Source: an uncultured Acidimicrobiia bacterium
GTDB taxonomy: Bacteria > Actinomycetota > Acidimicrobiia > Acidimicrobiales > AC-14
DNA length: 64,000 nt
Assembly (NCBI GenBank): GCA_963836205.1
Contig: CAWIIV010000006.1
Coordinates: 96,001-160,000 of the forward strand
Direction of reading: 5' to 3'
A model generated the notes under the pieces. That model was not told the origin of the DNA. It saw nothing but the letters and a program-made list of their open reading frames with translations, and did no database searches. Made by a program: the position numbers and the translations under genes. The number at the start of each line of letters is the position of its first letter. The first letter of the stretch is position 1. Shown piece by piece: positions 38,844 to 48,167 of the stretch.

Positions 38844-40412
38844 TCAACCTGAGCTGAGGGCGTGCACCTGGATGATCCCGGGTTGGGCCCGCAGGTCGTC
38901 CAACACCTCGGCCGGCAGGGGCCGGTTGGTGGACAGCACCATGAGGGCGGCCTCGCCCGAGGGAGCCACGCCCACGTCCATGTCGGAGATGTTGACGCCG
39001 GCGCGGCCCACGGTCATGCCGACCAGGCCGATCATCCCCGGCCGGTCGTCGTTGCGGACGACGACCATGTTGCTCGACGGCGGGATGTCGACGGTGTGGT
39101 CGTCGACCATCACCAACCGGGCCTCGTCCCGCAGCCCGAAGAGGGTGCCGGCCAGCCCGTGGTCGTCGCCGTGGAGGGAGATGAGGTTGACGTACTCCTG
39201 GGCCTCGGTGGTCTTGGACTCCCGCACCACCACGCCCCGCTCGGCGGCCAGTTGGGGGGCGTTGACGTACGACACCGGCTCCTCGCTTCCCGCCCCCAAC
39301 AGCCCCTTGAGGACGGCCAGGGTGAGGATGCGGGTGTCGTAGTCGGCCAGGTGGCCCTGGAACTCGACCTCCAGCGTCGCCGGCACCCCGTCGTTCAACG
39401 AGGCGAACAGCCCTCCCAGCCGCTCGGCCAGCGGGAGGAACGGTCGCACCGTCTCCGACGCCTCGGTCGCGCTCACGTTGACCGCGTAGGGCACGAACCC
39501 GCCGCTCAGGGCCAGCTGCACCTGCTCGGCGATGGTCTCCCCCGCCTTGTCCTGCGCCTCCCGGGTGCTCGCCCCCAGGTGGGGGGTGACGACCACCGCG
39601 TCCAGCTCGAAGAGGGGCGAGACGGTGGTGGGCTCCTTGTCGAACACGTCGAGGGCGGCCCCCCCGATCTGCCCTGAGCGCAGGGCGGCGTCGAGGGCGG
39701 CCTCGTCGAGGATGCCGCCCCGGGCGGTGTTGACGATGCGCAGCCCGGGCCGGGCCCGCGACAGCATGTGCTCGCCCAGCAGCCCGATGGTGTCCTTGGT
39801 GCGGGGCAGGTGGATGGTCACGAAGTGCGAGACCTCCATGAGCTCCTCCAGGCTGACCAGGTCGACGCCCATCTGCCGGGCCCGGTCGGCGGAGACGAAG
39901 GGGTCGTAGGCCACCAGCCGCATCCCGAAGGCCGACGCCCGCTGCGCCACCAACGCCCCCACCCGCCCGAGCCCGACCACGCCCAGGACCTTGCCGTGCA
40001 GCTCGATGCCCTCCCACCGGATCCGCTCCCACTTCCCGGCCTTCAGGGCGGCGTTGGCCTGGGGAACGTTGCGGGCCATGGAGAGGAGCAGGGCCATGGC
40101 GTGCTCCGCCGCCGACAGCACGTTGGACTGGGGCGCATTCACCACCATCACGCCTCGCCGGGTGGCGGCGCCGACGTCGACGTTGTCGAGGCCGATCCCG
40201 GCCCGGCCCACGACCGCCAGGTCGGTGCCGGCTTCGAGGATGTCGGCCGTGACCTGGGTCTCGGAGCGGATGATGAGGGCGGCCGCCCCCTTCACCGCCA
40301 CCGCCAGATCGGCGGGCGTGAGGCCGAGGCGGATGTCGACCTCGTGCCCCGCCTCCCGGAGCCGGGCCAGGCCACGTTCGGAGATGGTTTCGCTGACGAG
40401 CACTCGGGCCAT
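38844..40412 (-). CDS. serA: D-3-phosphoglycerate dehydrogenase
   Basis: GRAGIGLDNVD, GLGRVG, NTARGG, TPHLGAST, C-terminal ACT domain. Confidence 0.97.
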   Translation of the reverse strand: MARVLVSETISERGLARLREAGHEVDIRLGLTPADLAVAVKGAAALIIRSETQVTADILEAGTDLAVVGRAGIGLDNVDVGAATRRGVMVVNAPQSNVLSAAEHAMALLLSMARNVPQANAALKAGKWERIRWEGIELHGKVLGVVGLGRVGALVAQRASAFGMRLVAYDPFVSADRARQMGVDLVSLEELMEVSHFVTIHLPRTKDTIGLLGEHMLSRARPGLRIVNTARGGILDEAALDAALRSGQIGGAALDVFDKEPTTVSPLFELDAVVVTPHLGASTREAQDKAGETIAEQVQLALSGGFVPYAVNVSATEASETVRPFLPLAERLGGLFASLNDGVPATLEVEFQGHLADYDTRILTLAVLKGLLGAGSEEPVSYVNAPQLAAERGVVVRESKTTEAQEYVNLISLHGDDHGLAGTLFGLRDEARLVMVDDHTVDIPPSSNMVVVRNDDRPGMIGLVGMTVGRAGVNISDMDVGVAPSGEAALMVLSTNRPLPAEVLDDLRAQPGIIQVHALSSG

Positions 40413-40556
40413 CCGGCCATGGTCGCCCATGCCGGGGCCGGAGGCCAAAGCGGTTTCCCGTCCCGTCTCATCCCCGGCCCCCACTCGGTCCGAATACCTC
40501 GCGGGGACGGCACCGGCCGCCGGCCCTCTTTCGTCCACCGACCGAGGAGCAAGCCC

Positions 40557-41441
40557 ATGAGGAAGCGCCATCTACTGGTCGCCATCGCCGCATCCGCCGC
40601 CGCCGTCAGCCTGGTGCTGCCCGCCTCCGGGGCGGCCGCCCAGGCATCGGGCACCACCCTGCACGGCCTGACCACGACCAACCGGATCGTGACCCTGAAC
40701 ACCGCCTTCCCGCTGTTCGCGACCGGCGACGTGGCCGTCTCCGGGCTGGCCCCGGGCGAGCAGCTGATCGGGATCGACCGCCGACCCAAGACAGGCGTCG
40801 TCTACGGCGTCGGCAAGTTGGGGACGGTCGGTCGGCTCTACACCGTCGACCCCGCCTCAGGCGTGGCCACGCTCGTCGCCTCCCTGGTCGCCGCCCCCAC
40901 CGCCGCCAGCCCGCGCGGCGGCCCCGTCGCCCTGTCCGGTACCGAGTTCGGGTTCGACTTCAACCCCATGGCCGACGCCCTGCGGATCGTCAGTGACACC
41001 GGACAGAACCTGCGGGTCATCCCGTCCGACCGGATGCCGGCGACCGGCCCTGCCCTCCTCACGGGCGACACCTTCACCGACGCCGCCCTCAACGCCGACG
41101 CCACCCCGGCCACCGGCGTCAGCGCCGCCGCCTACACCAACAACGTGGCGGCTGCCGCGTCGACGGTGCTCTACGACATCGACACCCGCCGGGACGTGCT
41201 GGTGCAGCAGACCCCGCCCAACGCGGGCACGCTCGTCACCGTCGGCTCGTTGCGGTTCCCGGCCGGGTCGGTGGCCGGCTTCGACATCGTCACCGCCAAC
41301 GGGGCGGACACCGGCTACGCCGCCCTGACCCTGACCGGGCAGCCGTTCACCTTCCTGGCCGGGATCGACCTGGCGACCGGGCGAGCCCGGATCACAGGGG
41401 TCGCGGCCTTCCCGCAGACGCTCCGGGGCCTGACCGCCTGA
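40557..41441 (+). CDS. Secreted DUF4394-like protein
   Basis: Signal peptide; LIGIDRRP, GFDFNP.ADALRIVSDTGQNLR, AAYTN, LYDID. Confidence 0.85.
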   Translation: MRKRHLLVAIAASAAAVSLVLPASGAAAQASGTTLHGLTTTNRIVTLNTAFPLFATGDVAVSGLAPGEQLIGIDRRPKTGVVYGVGKLGTVGRLYTVDPASGVATLVASLVAAPTAASPRGGPVALSGTEFGFDFNPMADALRIVSDTGQNLRVIPSDRMPATGPALLTGDTFTDAALNADATPATGVSAAAYTNNVAAAASTVLYDIDTRRDVLVQQTPPNAGTLVTVGSLRFPAGSVAGFDIVTANGADTGYAALTLTGQPFTFLAGIDLATGRARITGVAAFPQTLRGLTA

Positions 41442-41455
41442 GGCCGTCTGACGAA

Positions 41456-41490
41456 CCGGGGCCTACGGCGCCTTGAGCCGTAGGCCCCGG
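41456..41490 (+). terminator. GC-rich hairpin terminator
   Basis: GGGGCCTACGGC-N7-GCCGTAGGCCCC just downstream of the stop. Confidence 0.7.
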
Positions 41491-41586
41491 TCGTTTGCAA
41501 GACCCGGTGCGCCGACCGCTCGGTTTCGCGTATCAAGCCCGCGCCCCGGCGCTCTTCGTAGATAGGCGAACGGACGGAGGACGGCG

Positions 41587-43839
41587 ATGGCGGACATCTC
41601 GGCGGCGGGGACGGCCACCATGGTTCACCGGTTCGACCCGGCGGACGACGTGCAGGCCGAGGCGGCGGCGAGGATCGAGGAGCGGGCGAGAACCCGCCGG
41701 TCCAACGTCGAGCAGTTCCGGGCCGGGGTGGCCATCGTCGACACCGAGGTGCGCAAGGCCAAGCGCGCCGACCGGATCCGGAGCTACCTCGCCGGCGAAG
41801 CGCCCGCCGGCGCGCCGGTGGCGGTCCCCGGTCCCGGCCCGGTGGTCGCCGATGTCGACGGTCGGACACTCGAGCAGGTGATCAACAGCGCCGACTTCGT
41901 CGGCATCCGCTTCCTCGAGGCGGGCCTGGCCGCAGCCCGGGCCGTCGGCCGGGTCAATGTCCGCAACGCGTCGCAGCAGGTCACCAGCTACGGGACCGCC
42001 TCGCTGATCTCGGCCCAGCTCGCCCTCACCAACCACCACGTCCTGCCCACGGCCGACGTCGCCCGGCGGTCGGCCATCGAGTTCAACTACCAGGACGGCA
42101 TCGACGGCCACCCGCTCCTGTCCCGGATGTTCCCTTTCGACCCCGACCGCTTCTACCTGGCCGACAAGGACAACGACTTCGCCATCGTGGCCGTCTCCGC
42201 CACCGAGGAGGAGCTGGCCGAGTTCGGGTTCAACCGGCTCATCAACGTCGAGGGCAAGGCGGTGGTGGGAGAGTTCGTCACCATCGTCCAGCACCCGCGA
42301 GGCGAGAAGAAGCAGGTTTCCCTCCGGGAGAACCGGGTGGTCGACCTGCTCGACATGTACATCCACTACGCGACCGACACCGAGCCGGGCTCGTCGGGAT
42401 CGCCCGTGTTCAACGACCAGTGGGAGATCGTCGCCCTGCACCACGCCAGCGTCGCCGCCCCCGACCGGGCCGAGCTGGGCGGGATGATGAACGAGGGGAT
42501 CCGGGTCAGCGCCCTGCTGCGGTCGGCCCAGGCCCGGGCCCAGGAGCTACCGGCGCCGATGGCACGCCTCCTCGAAGGCGTCTTCCTGTACGAGCCTTCG
42601 GCCGGGGCCCAGGTGGCTCCCTCGCCCCGGCCCGGGTCGACCACCGCCCCCCGCCGGCTGCAATCGTTCTCGGTGCCCGAGGTCCCCGTGACCGAGACCA
42701 GGATCGTCGTCCCGATCGAGATCATCGTCCGCATCGGCACCCCGCCGGCCGCCACCGTCACTTCGACCGGCCCCGTCAACGGCAGCGGCTACGGCAATGG
42801 GCTCGCCAACGGCAACGGCCACACCAACGGCAACGGCAACGGCAACGGTCACGCGAACGCCAACGGCAACGGTCACGGCGACCGGTCGACCGTCGCGGTC
42901 GCCCTCCCGCCCGCGGCTCCCGCCGCCTCCCCCCTCGAGCCGGCTCGGCCGTTCCAGCCGGCCGAGCCGGCCGAGGAAGCGATCCGGATCGACCCCGACT
43001 ACTCCAACCGCAAGGGCTACGACCCCACCTTCCTCGGCCCCGAAGTCCCGCTTCCCGAGCTGCCCGCCGCCCTGCTGGCCAAGGCCGCCCTGCTGACCAC
43101 GCCCGGCCCGGGGCCCCGCCACGTCCTCCCTTACCACCACTTCAGCGTCGTGATGAACCGGGAGCGGGGCCTGGCCTTCTTCACCGCGGTCAACATCGAC
43201 GGCACCCTCGGCCACCGCCTGCGGCGGGAGACCGACCGGTGGACGCTCGACCCCCGCATCGCCAAGGCGGCCCAGATCGGCGAGGCGGTGTACGCCGACA
43301 ACGCCCTCGACCGGGGTCACCTGGTACGACGGCTGGACCCGGCGTGGGGGCCGTCGGCGGCGGCGGCCAAGCCCGCCAACGACGACACCTTCCACTTCAC
43401 CAACTGCACGCCCCAGCACAAGGACTTCAACCAGCGCCAGACGTCGTGGGCCGGGCTGGAGGACTTCGTCCTCGAGAACGCGGAGAACCACGACCTCAAG
43501 GTGACGGTGTTCACCGGGCCGATCCTCGCCCCCGACGACGACGTCTACCGGGGCGTCAAGCTCCCCCGCCAGTTCTGGAAGGTCGTGGTGATGGCCCGCG
43601 GCGACGGCCGGCTGTCGGCCACCGGCTACCTCCTCAGCCAGGAGAAGCTCATCCACGGCCTGGAGTCGGTCGAGGAGTTCTCCTACGGCGCCTACCGCAC
43701 GTTCCAGGTGCCGGTGGCCCGGGTGGCCCGGCTGAGCGGGTTGTCGTTCGGCAACCTCGCCTCTGCCGACCCCCTGCACGGTTTGGAGTCGACCGAGCTG
43801 TTTCACGAAGTCGGCTCCCCCGCCGACCTCGTGCTCTAG
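41587..43839 (+). CDS. Trypsin/V8-like protease fused to DNA/RNA non-specific endonuclease
   Basis: TNHHV, DFAIV, TEPGSSGSP, ALHH; DRGHL, NCTPQH..FNQ, FTGP, FWKV. Confidence 0.92.
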   Translation: MADISAAGTATMVHRFDPADDVQAEAAARIEERARTRRSNVEQFRAGVAIVDTEVRKAKRADRIRSYLAGEAPAGAPVAVPGPGPVVADVDGRTLEQVINSADFVGIRFLEAGLAAARAVGRVNVRNASQQVTSYGTASLISAQLALTNHHVLPTADVARRSAIEFNYQDGIDGHPLLSRMFPFDPDRFYLADKDNDFAIVAVSATEEELAEFGFNRLINVEGKAVVGEFVTIVQHPRGEKKQVSLRENRVVDLLDMYIHYATDTEPGSSGSPVFNDQWEIVALHHASVAAPDRAELGGMMNEGIRVSALLRSAQARAQELPAPMARLLEGVFLYEPSAGAQVAPSPRPGSTTAPRRLQSFSVPEVPVTETRIVVPIEIIVRIGTPPAATVTSTGPVNGSGYGNGLANGNGHTNGNGNGNGHANANGNGHGDRSTVAVALPPAAPAASPLEPARPFQPAEPAEEAIRIDPDYSNRKGYDPTFLGPEVPLPELPAALLAKAALLTTPGPGPRHVLPYHHFSVVMNRERGLAFFTAVNIDGTLGHRLRRETDRWTLDPRIAKAAQIGEAVYADNALDRGHLVRRLDPAWGPSAAAAKPANDDTFHFTNCTPQHKDFNQRQTSWAGLEDFVLENAENHDLKVTVFTGPILAPDDDVYRGVKLPRQFWKVVVMARGDGRLSATGYLLSQEKLIHGLESVEEFSYGAYRTFQVPVARVARLSGLSFGNLASADPLHGLESTELFHEVGSPADLVL

Positions 43840-43847
43840 GTCCTGCT

Positions 43848-45590
43848 CTAGCTCGGGGCAGGCCGCAGGCGGAGGCCGAGCTCGGCCAGTTGGCGCTCGT
43901 CGACGGACGTGGGCGCGCCCGTCAAGGGGTCGACGCCCGACTGCGTCTTGGGGAACGCGATCACCTCGCGGATGTTCTCCTCGCCGGCCAGGATGGCGAC
44001 CAGCCGGTCGATGCCGAAGGCGAAGCCGGCATGGGGCGGGGCCCCGTGGCGGAAGCCGTCGAGGAGAAAGCCGAACTTGCGCTGGGCGGCCTCGGCGTCG
44101 ATCCCGAGCAGGGAGAAGACCCGCTGCTGCACGTCGGAGCGGTGGATACGGACACTGCCCGACCCGAGCTCCCAGCCGTTGAGGACCAGGTCGTAGGCCT
44201 GGGAACGAACCGAGAGCGGGTCGGACTCCAGCCGGTCGAGGTCGTCGGGGTGGGGCATGGTGAACGGGTGGTGGGCGGGGATGGGCCGGCCCTCGGCGCC
44301 CAGGCCCTCGAACAGGGGGAAGTCGGTGACCCACACCAGCTTGGTGCCGCCCTCGCCCACCGGCGGCCGGCCCAGGTCGAGGCGGAGCATCCCCAGGACA
44401 TGGTTGGCCGTGCGCCGATCGCCGGCCACGACGAGCAGGAGGTCGCCCGGCTGCGACTCGGTGGCGGCCAGCAGGTTCTTCTTCTCGCTGTCGGCCAGGA
44501 ACTTGGCCACCGGTGATTCGAGCTCGCAGTTGCCAGTCTCGAGCGGACTTGTGACCTTCATCCACACCAACCCGGCCGCCCCCGCCTGCTTGGCCCGGTC
44601 GACGAGGCGGTCGAGGGCGGCCCGGCCGTGGGTCGCCACCCCACCCGGCACCCGGATGGCCTTCACCGCCGCCGGCGGGAGGAAGGCCCGGAAGTCGGTG
44701 TCCTCGAACACCGGCGTGAGGTCCATGATCTCCATGCCGAAGCGGAGGTCGGGCTTGTCGGTGCCGTAGCGCTCCTGGGCCTCCTGCCAGGTCATGAGGG
44801 GGATGCGTCCCGGGTAGCCCCGGCCGGCGGCCTCGATGGCGGCCACCACCGCCTCGGAGATGAAGGCGATGACGTCGGCCTGGTCGACGAAGCTGGCCTC
44901 GGCGTCGAGCTGGGTGAACTCGAACTGACGGTCGGCCCGCAGGTCCTCGTCCCGCAGGCAGCGGGCCATCTGGTAGTAGCGGTCGACGCCGCCCACCATG
45001 AGCAGCTGCTTGAACAGCTGCGGGCTCTGGGGCAGCGCGTAGAACCTGCCCAATTGCAGGCGGGACGGCACCACGAAGTCGCGGGCGCCCTCGGGAGTCG
45101 ACGCCACCAGCACCGGCGTCTCCACCTCGAGGAAGCCGTTGGCCTCCATGGTGCGGCGGACGGACGCCATCACCGTCGCCCGCAGGCGAAGGTTGCGCTG
45201 CATGACCGGGCGACGGAGGTCGACATATCGGTGGCGCAGACGGGTCATCTCGTCGGCGTCGGTGCGGTCGGAGACGGGGAAGGGCGGCGGTTCGGCCCGC
45301 GACAGGATCTCGACCGCGCAGTCCCCCACCTCGACCTCGCCGGTGGCCAGGGCGGGGTTGACGGTGCCCTCGGGCCGGGCCCGGACGGTGCCCGACACCT
45401 TCACCACGTACTCCGAGCGCAGTTCGTGGGCGCCGTCGACCACGCACTGGACGATGCCGGTGTGATCGCGCACGTCGACAAACGCCAGGTGCTTGCCCTG
45501 CTCCCGCCGGGTGGCGACCCAGCCGCAGACCTCGACCTCCCGGCCGATGTCGGCCACGCCGAGACGCCCGCAGTAGTCCGTCCGCATCAT
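43848..45590 (-). CDS. aspS: Aspartate-tRNA ligase
   Basis: MRTDYCG, TPEGARDF, LPQSPQLFKQ, RDEDLRADRQ, PPHAGFAFGIDR. Confidence 0.97.
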   Translation of the reverse strand: MMRTDYCGRLGVADIGREVEVCGWVATRREQGKHLAFVDVRDHTGIVQCVVDGAHELRSEYVVKVSGTVRARPEGTVNPALATGEVEVGDCAVEILSRAEPPPFPVSDRTDADEMTRLRHRYVDLRRPVMQRNLRLRATVMASVRRTMEANGFLEVETPVLVASTPEGARDFVVPSRLQLGRFYALPQSPQLFKQLLMVGGVDRYYQMARCLRDEDLRADRQFEFTQLDAEASFVDQADVIAFISEAVVAAIEAAGRGYPGRIPLMTWQEAQERYGTDKPDLRFGMEIMDLTPVFEDTDFRAFLPPAAVKAIRVPGGVATHGRAALDRLVDRAKQAGAAGLVWMKVTSPLETGNCELESPVAKFLADSEKKNLLAATESQPGDLLLVVAGDRRTANHVLGMLRLDLGRPPVGEGGTKLVWVTDFPLFEGLGAEGRPIPAHHPFTMPHPDDLDRLESDPLSVRSQAYDLVLNGWELGSGSVRIHRSDVQQRVFSLLGIDAEAAQRKFGFLLDGFRHGAPPHAGFAFGIDRLVAILAGEENIREVIAFPKTQSGVDPLTGAPTSVDERQLAELGLRLRPAPS

Positions 45591-45648
45591 CCGGAGCAAC
45601 GACCGATCCGCGCAGGGACACGCGTGCGGGGATGAGGGCGCGCAGTTT

Positions 45649-46899
45649 TCACAAGAGTCGCTTCCTGACGTGGTCGACAAGGTCGGCCCGGGGCACGACC
45701 TCCTGGTCGCCGGAGCGCAGGTCGCGCAGGGTGGCGGTGCCCTCGGCCGCCTCCCGCTCGCCGACGACCACCGCCAGCCTGGCGCCCGAGCGGTCGGCCT
45801 GCTTGAACTGGGACTTCATCGAGCGGTGGTCGAAGCCCCGGTCGGCGCCGATGCCCGCCTCCCGCAGCTCGGCCGCGATGACGGTGGCGGCGGCACCGCC
45901 GGTGGTGTCGACGACGAAAACCTCGACGGTCGTCTCGGGCACCGGGAAGACGCCCTCCGCGTCGCAGGCGAGCAGCAGCCGCTCGATGCCCATCCCGAAG
46001 CCGATGCCGGGCGTGGGAGGGCCACCGAGGGCCTCGGCCAGCTTGTCGTAGCGGCCGCCGCCACCGACCGCGTTCTGGGCCGAATCGAGGGCGGACGCGG
46101 CCAGCTCGAAGGTGGTGCGGGTGTAGTAGTCGAGGCCCCGCACCAGGCGGGGCTCCAGGCACACGGGCACGCCGAGGGCCTGCAGCCCGGCGAGGACGCG
46201 GTCGAAGTGGGCCCGGCAGGGGTCGCAGAGGTGCTCGACCATCTGGGGGGCGCCGGCGGTGGCCTCCCGGCACGCGGGGCGCTTGCAGTCGAGGACCCGC
46301 AACGGGTTCTGGGCGTAGCGGGCGTGGTGCTCGTCGCACAGCCGGTCGGCCCGCGGCTCGAGGTAGGCCTGGAGGGCCTCCAGGTAGGCCGGACGGCAGG
46401 CGTCGTCACCGAGCGAGTTGAGCAGCAGCTCCACCCGGGTGAGGCCGAGGTCGCGGCACACCGACCAGGCGAGGGCGACCACCTCCACGTCGAGGTCGGC
46501 GTCGTCGGTGCCCAACGCCTCGATCCCCACCTGGTGGTGCTGGCGGAAGCGTCCCGCCTGGGGCCGTTCGTAGCGGAAGTTGGGGCCGACGTACCACGCC
46601 TTGAACGGCGGGAGCGGGCGGTGCTGGACGTAGGCCCGCACCACCGAGGCGGTGCCCTCCGGACGCAGGGCCAGGTGGCGGCCCCCCTTGTCCTCGAACT
46701 CGTACATCTCCTTGCGCACCACGTCGGTGCCCTCGCCGACCCGCTCGAAGACGCCGACGTCCTCGAACATCGGGCTGAGGATGAGGCCGTACCCGGCCCG
46801 CTCGACCCGGCCCGCGAAGCGCGCCACCAGGAGTTCCCACCGGCGGGATTCGGGAGGGAGGACGTCGCGCGTCCCGGTCGAGGCTTGAAACTCAGCGAT
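45649..46899 (-). CDS. hisS: Histidine-tRNA ligase (apparent ATC start)
   Basis: GTRDVLP, LRPEGTA, FRYERPQAGRFRQ, VRGLDYY, GGGRYD. Confidence 0.95.
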   Translation of the reverse strand: MAEFQASTGTRDVLPPESRRWELLVARFAGRVERAGYGLILSPMFEDVGVFERVGEGTDVVRKEMYEFEDKGGRHLALRPEGTASVVRAYVQHRPLPPFKAWYVGPNFRYERPQAGRFRQHHQVGIEALGTDDADLDVEVVALAWSVCRDLGLTRVELLLNSLGDDACRPAYLEALQAYLEPRADRLCDEHHARYAQNPLRVLDCKRPACREATAGAPQMVEHLCDPCRAHFDRVLAGLQALGVPVCLEPRLVRGLDYYTRTTFELAASALDSAQNAVGGGGRYDKLAEALGGPPTPGIGFGMGIERLLLACDAEGVFPVPETTVEVFVVDTTGGAAATVIAAELREAGIGADRGFDHRSMKSQFKQADRSGARLAVVVGEREAAEGTATLRDLRSGDQEVVPRADLVDHVRKRLL

Positions 46900-46987
46900 G
46901 GACGGAGGCTACCGGAGGTATCCCGAGGCCTCGCCCGGATAGGTCGGCACCGCCACGGCCCATCCCGTGGCGGACCGGACCCGAGTG

Positions 46988-47982
46988 TTACTTCTCCCGC
47001 CCGAGGGTGTCGCTGACGATCTTCAGGGCCTTGGGCAGGTACTTGCCCAGGGCGACGGCGATGGCGGGCTTGATGGCGACCGCGTAGCCCTGCTCGCTGG
47101 TGTCGGGCGCCCGCACGACCGGAGGCTTGGCCTTGCCGGTCGCGCTCTTGTGGATGCTGGGCGGAAGGTTGGCGCCGGACTTGGCGCTGGCGGTGGAGTG
47201 TCCGACTGCGACCCGCAGGCCGGGGCTGGGCGCCGGTGCCGGCTCCGGCTCGGGCTCGGCGGCGGCTTCGGGCTCGGCGGCGGCCTCGGGCTCGGCGGCG
47301 GCTTCGGCCTCCGGCTCGGCGGCTTCGGGTTCGGCCGTCAGCCTCGGGCGCGGCCTCGGGCTCGGCGGCGGCCTCGGGCTCGGCGTCGGCTTCGGCGTCG
47401 TCGGCGGCGGCCGGGGCCTCGTCGGCAGCCTCGGGTGCGGCGTGCCGCCGCGGGCCGGGACGCGGCCTGCTTCACGGCCAGGGCCACGCCGTCGCCGACC
47501 CGCTTCAGGGCCGCGATCACGCCGGACATGTCGACCGCCGGGGGCGCGGGAGGGGCGGGGGGCGGGGGGGAGGACGCGGCGGTCTCGCCCTGGGCGACGA
47601 GCTCGGCGACGGAGTCGGCCACCCGGGTCTGGATCGAGACGAGGGTGACGAGCTGACCGGACATGTCGGTGATGGCAGCCGTGAGCTGCTCCATGGCGAC
47701 CACGCTGGGGTCGGGTGCCGGCGGGGCCGGGGGCTCGGGCTCGGGAGCCGGTGCCGGTGGAGCGGCGGCGGCGCGCGGCCGGCGGGGAGCAGCCGCCCGC
47801 TTGGTGGTCGATTTGGCCTTGGCGGCCGCCTTGATCGGCGCGGGGGCCGCCGCCTCGGCGGGTGCGGGCGCGGGCGTCTCGGCCGGAGCCGCCTCGGGTG
47901 CGGCCTTGGCCGCCTTCCGGGCCCGGGGGGCGGACGCCTTCTTGGCCTTGGTGGCCTTACCCGTGGGGCTGGTATCGGTCAC
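46988..47982 (-). CDS. Low-complexity Ala/Pro/Glu-rich protein (frameshift near 47450)
   Basis: AGGAGG RBS; 18-bp EPEAAA repeats; C-terminal GYAVAIKPAIAVALGKYLPKALK. Confidence 0.55.
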
Positions 47983-48167
47983 GGTCGTGAATCCTCCTAC
48001 GCATCGATGTCGACAGAAGCGACGAGCGGTTGCTGCAAACCAGGCCCGTCACTCGGCGAAGCGACCATGAACATCGGATGATCCGAAGCTTGCGGCAGCA
48101 TCGGCGTAAACCTACACCGCGACGCGCGTCGCGCCAGGGGCCTGCCGCGCCGCTCGGAATGTCGAGG

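Noticed and set aside
42780-42880. AACGGC, GCCGTT and 18-bp tandem repeats (also 33645-33790, 47240-47400, 55583-55630) as independent elements
   Set aside because: In-frame coding repeats of flexible linkers
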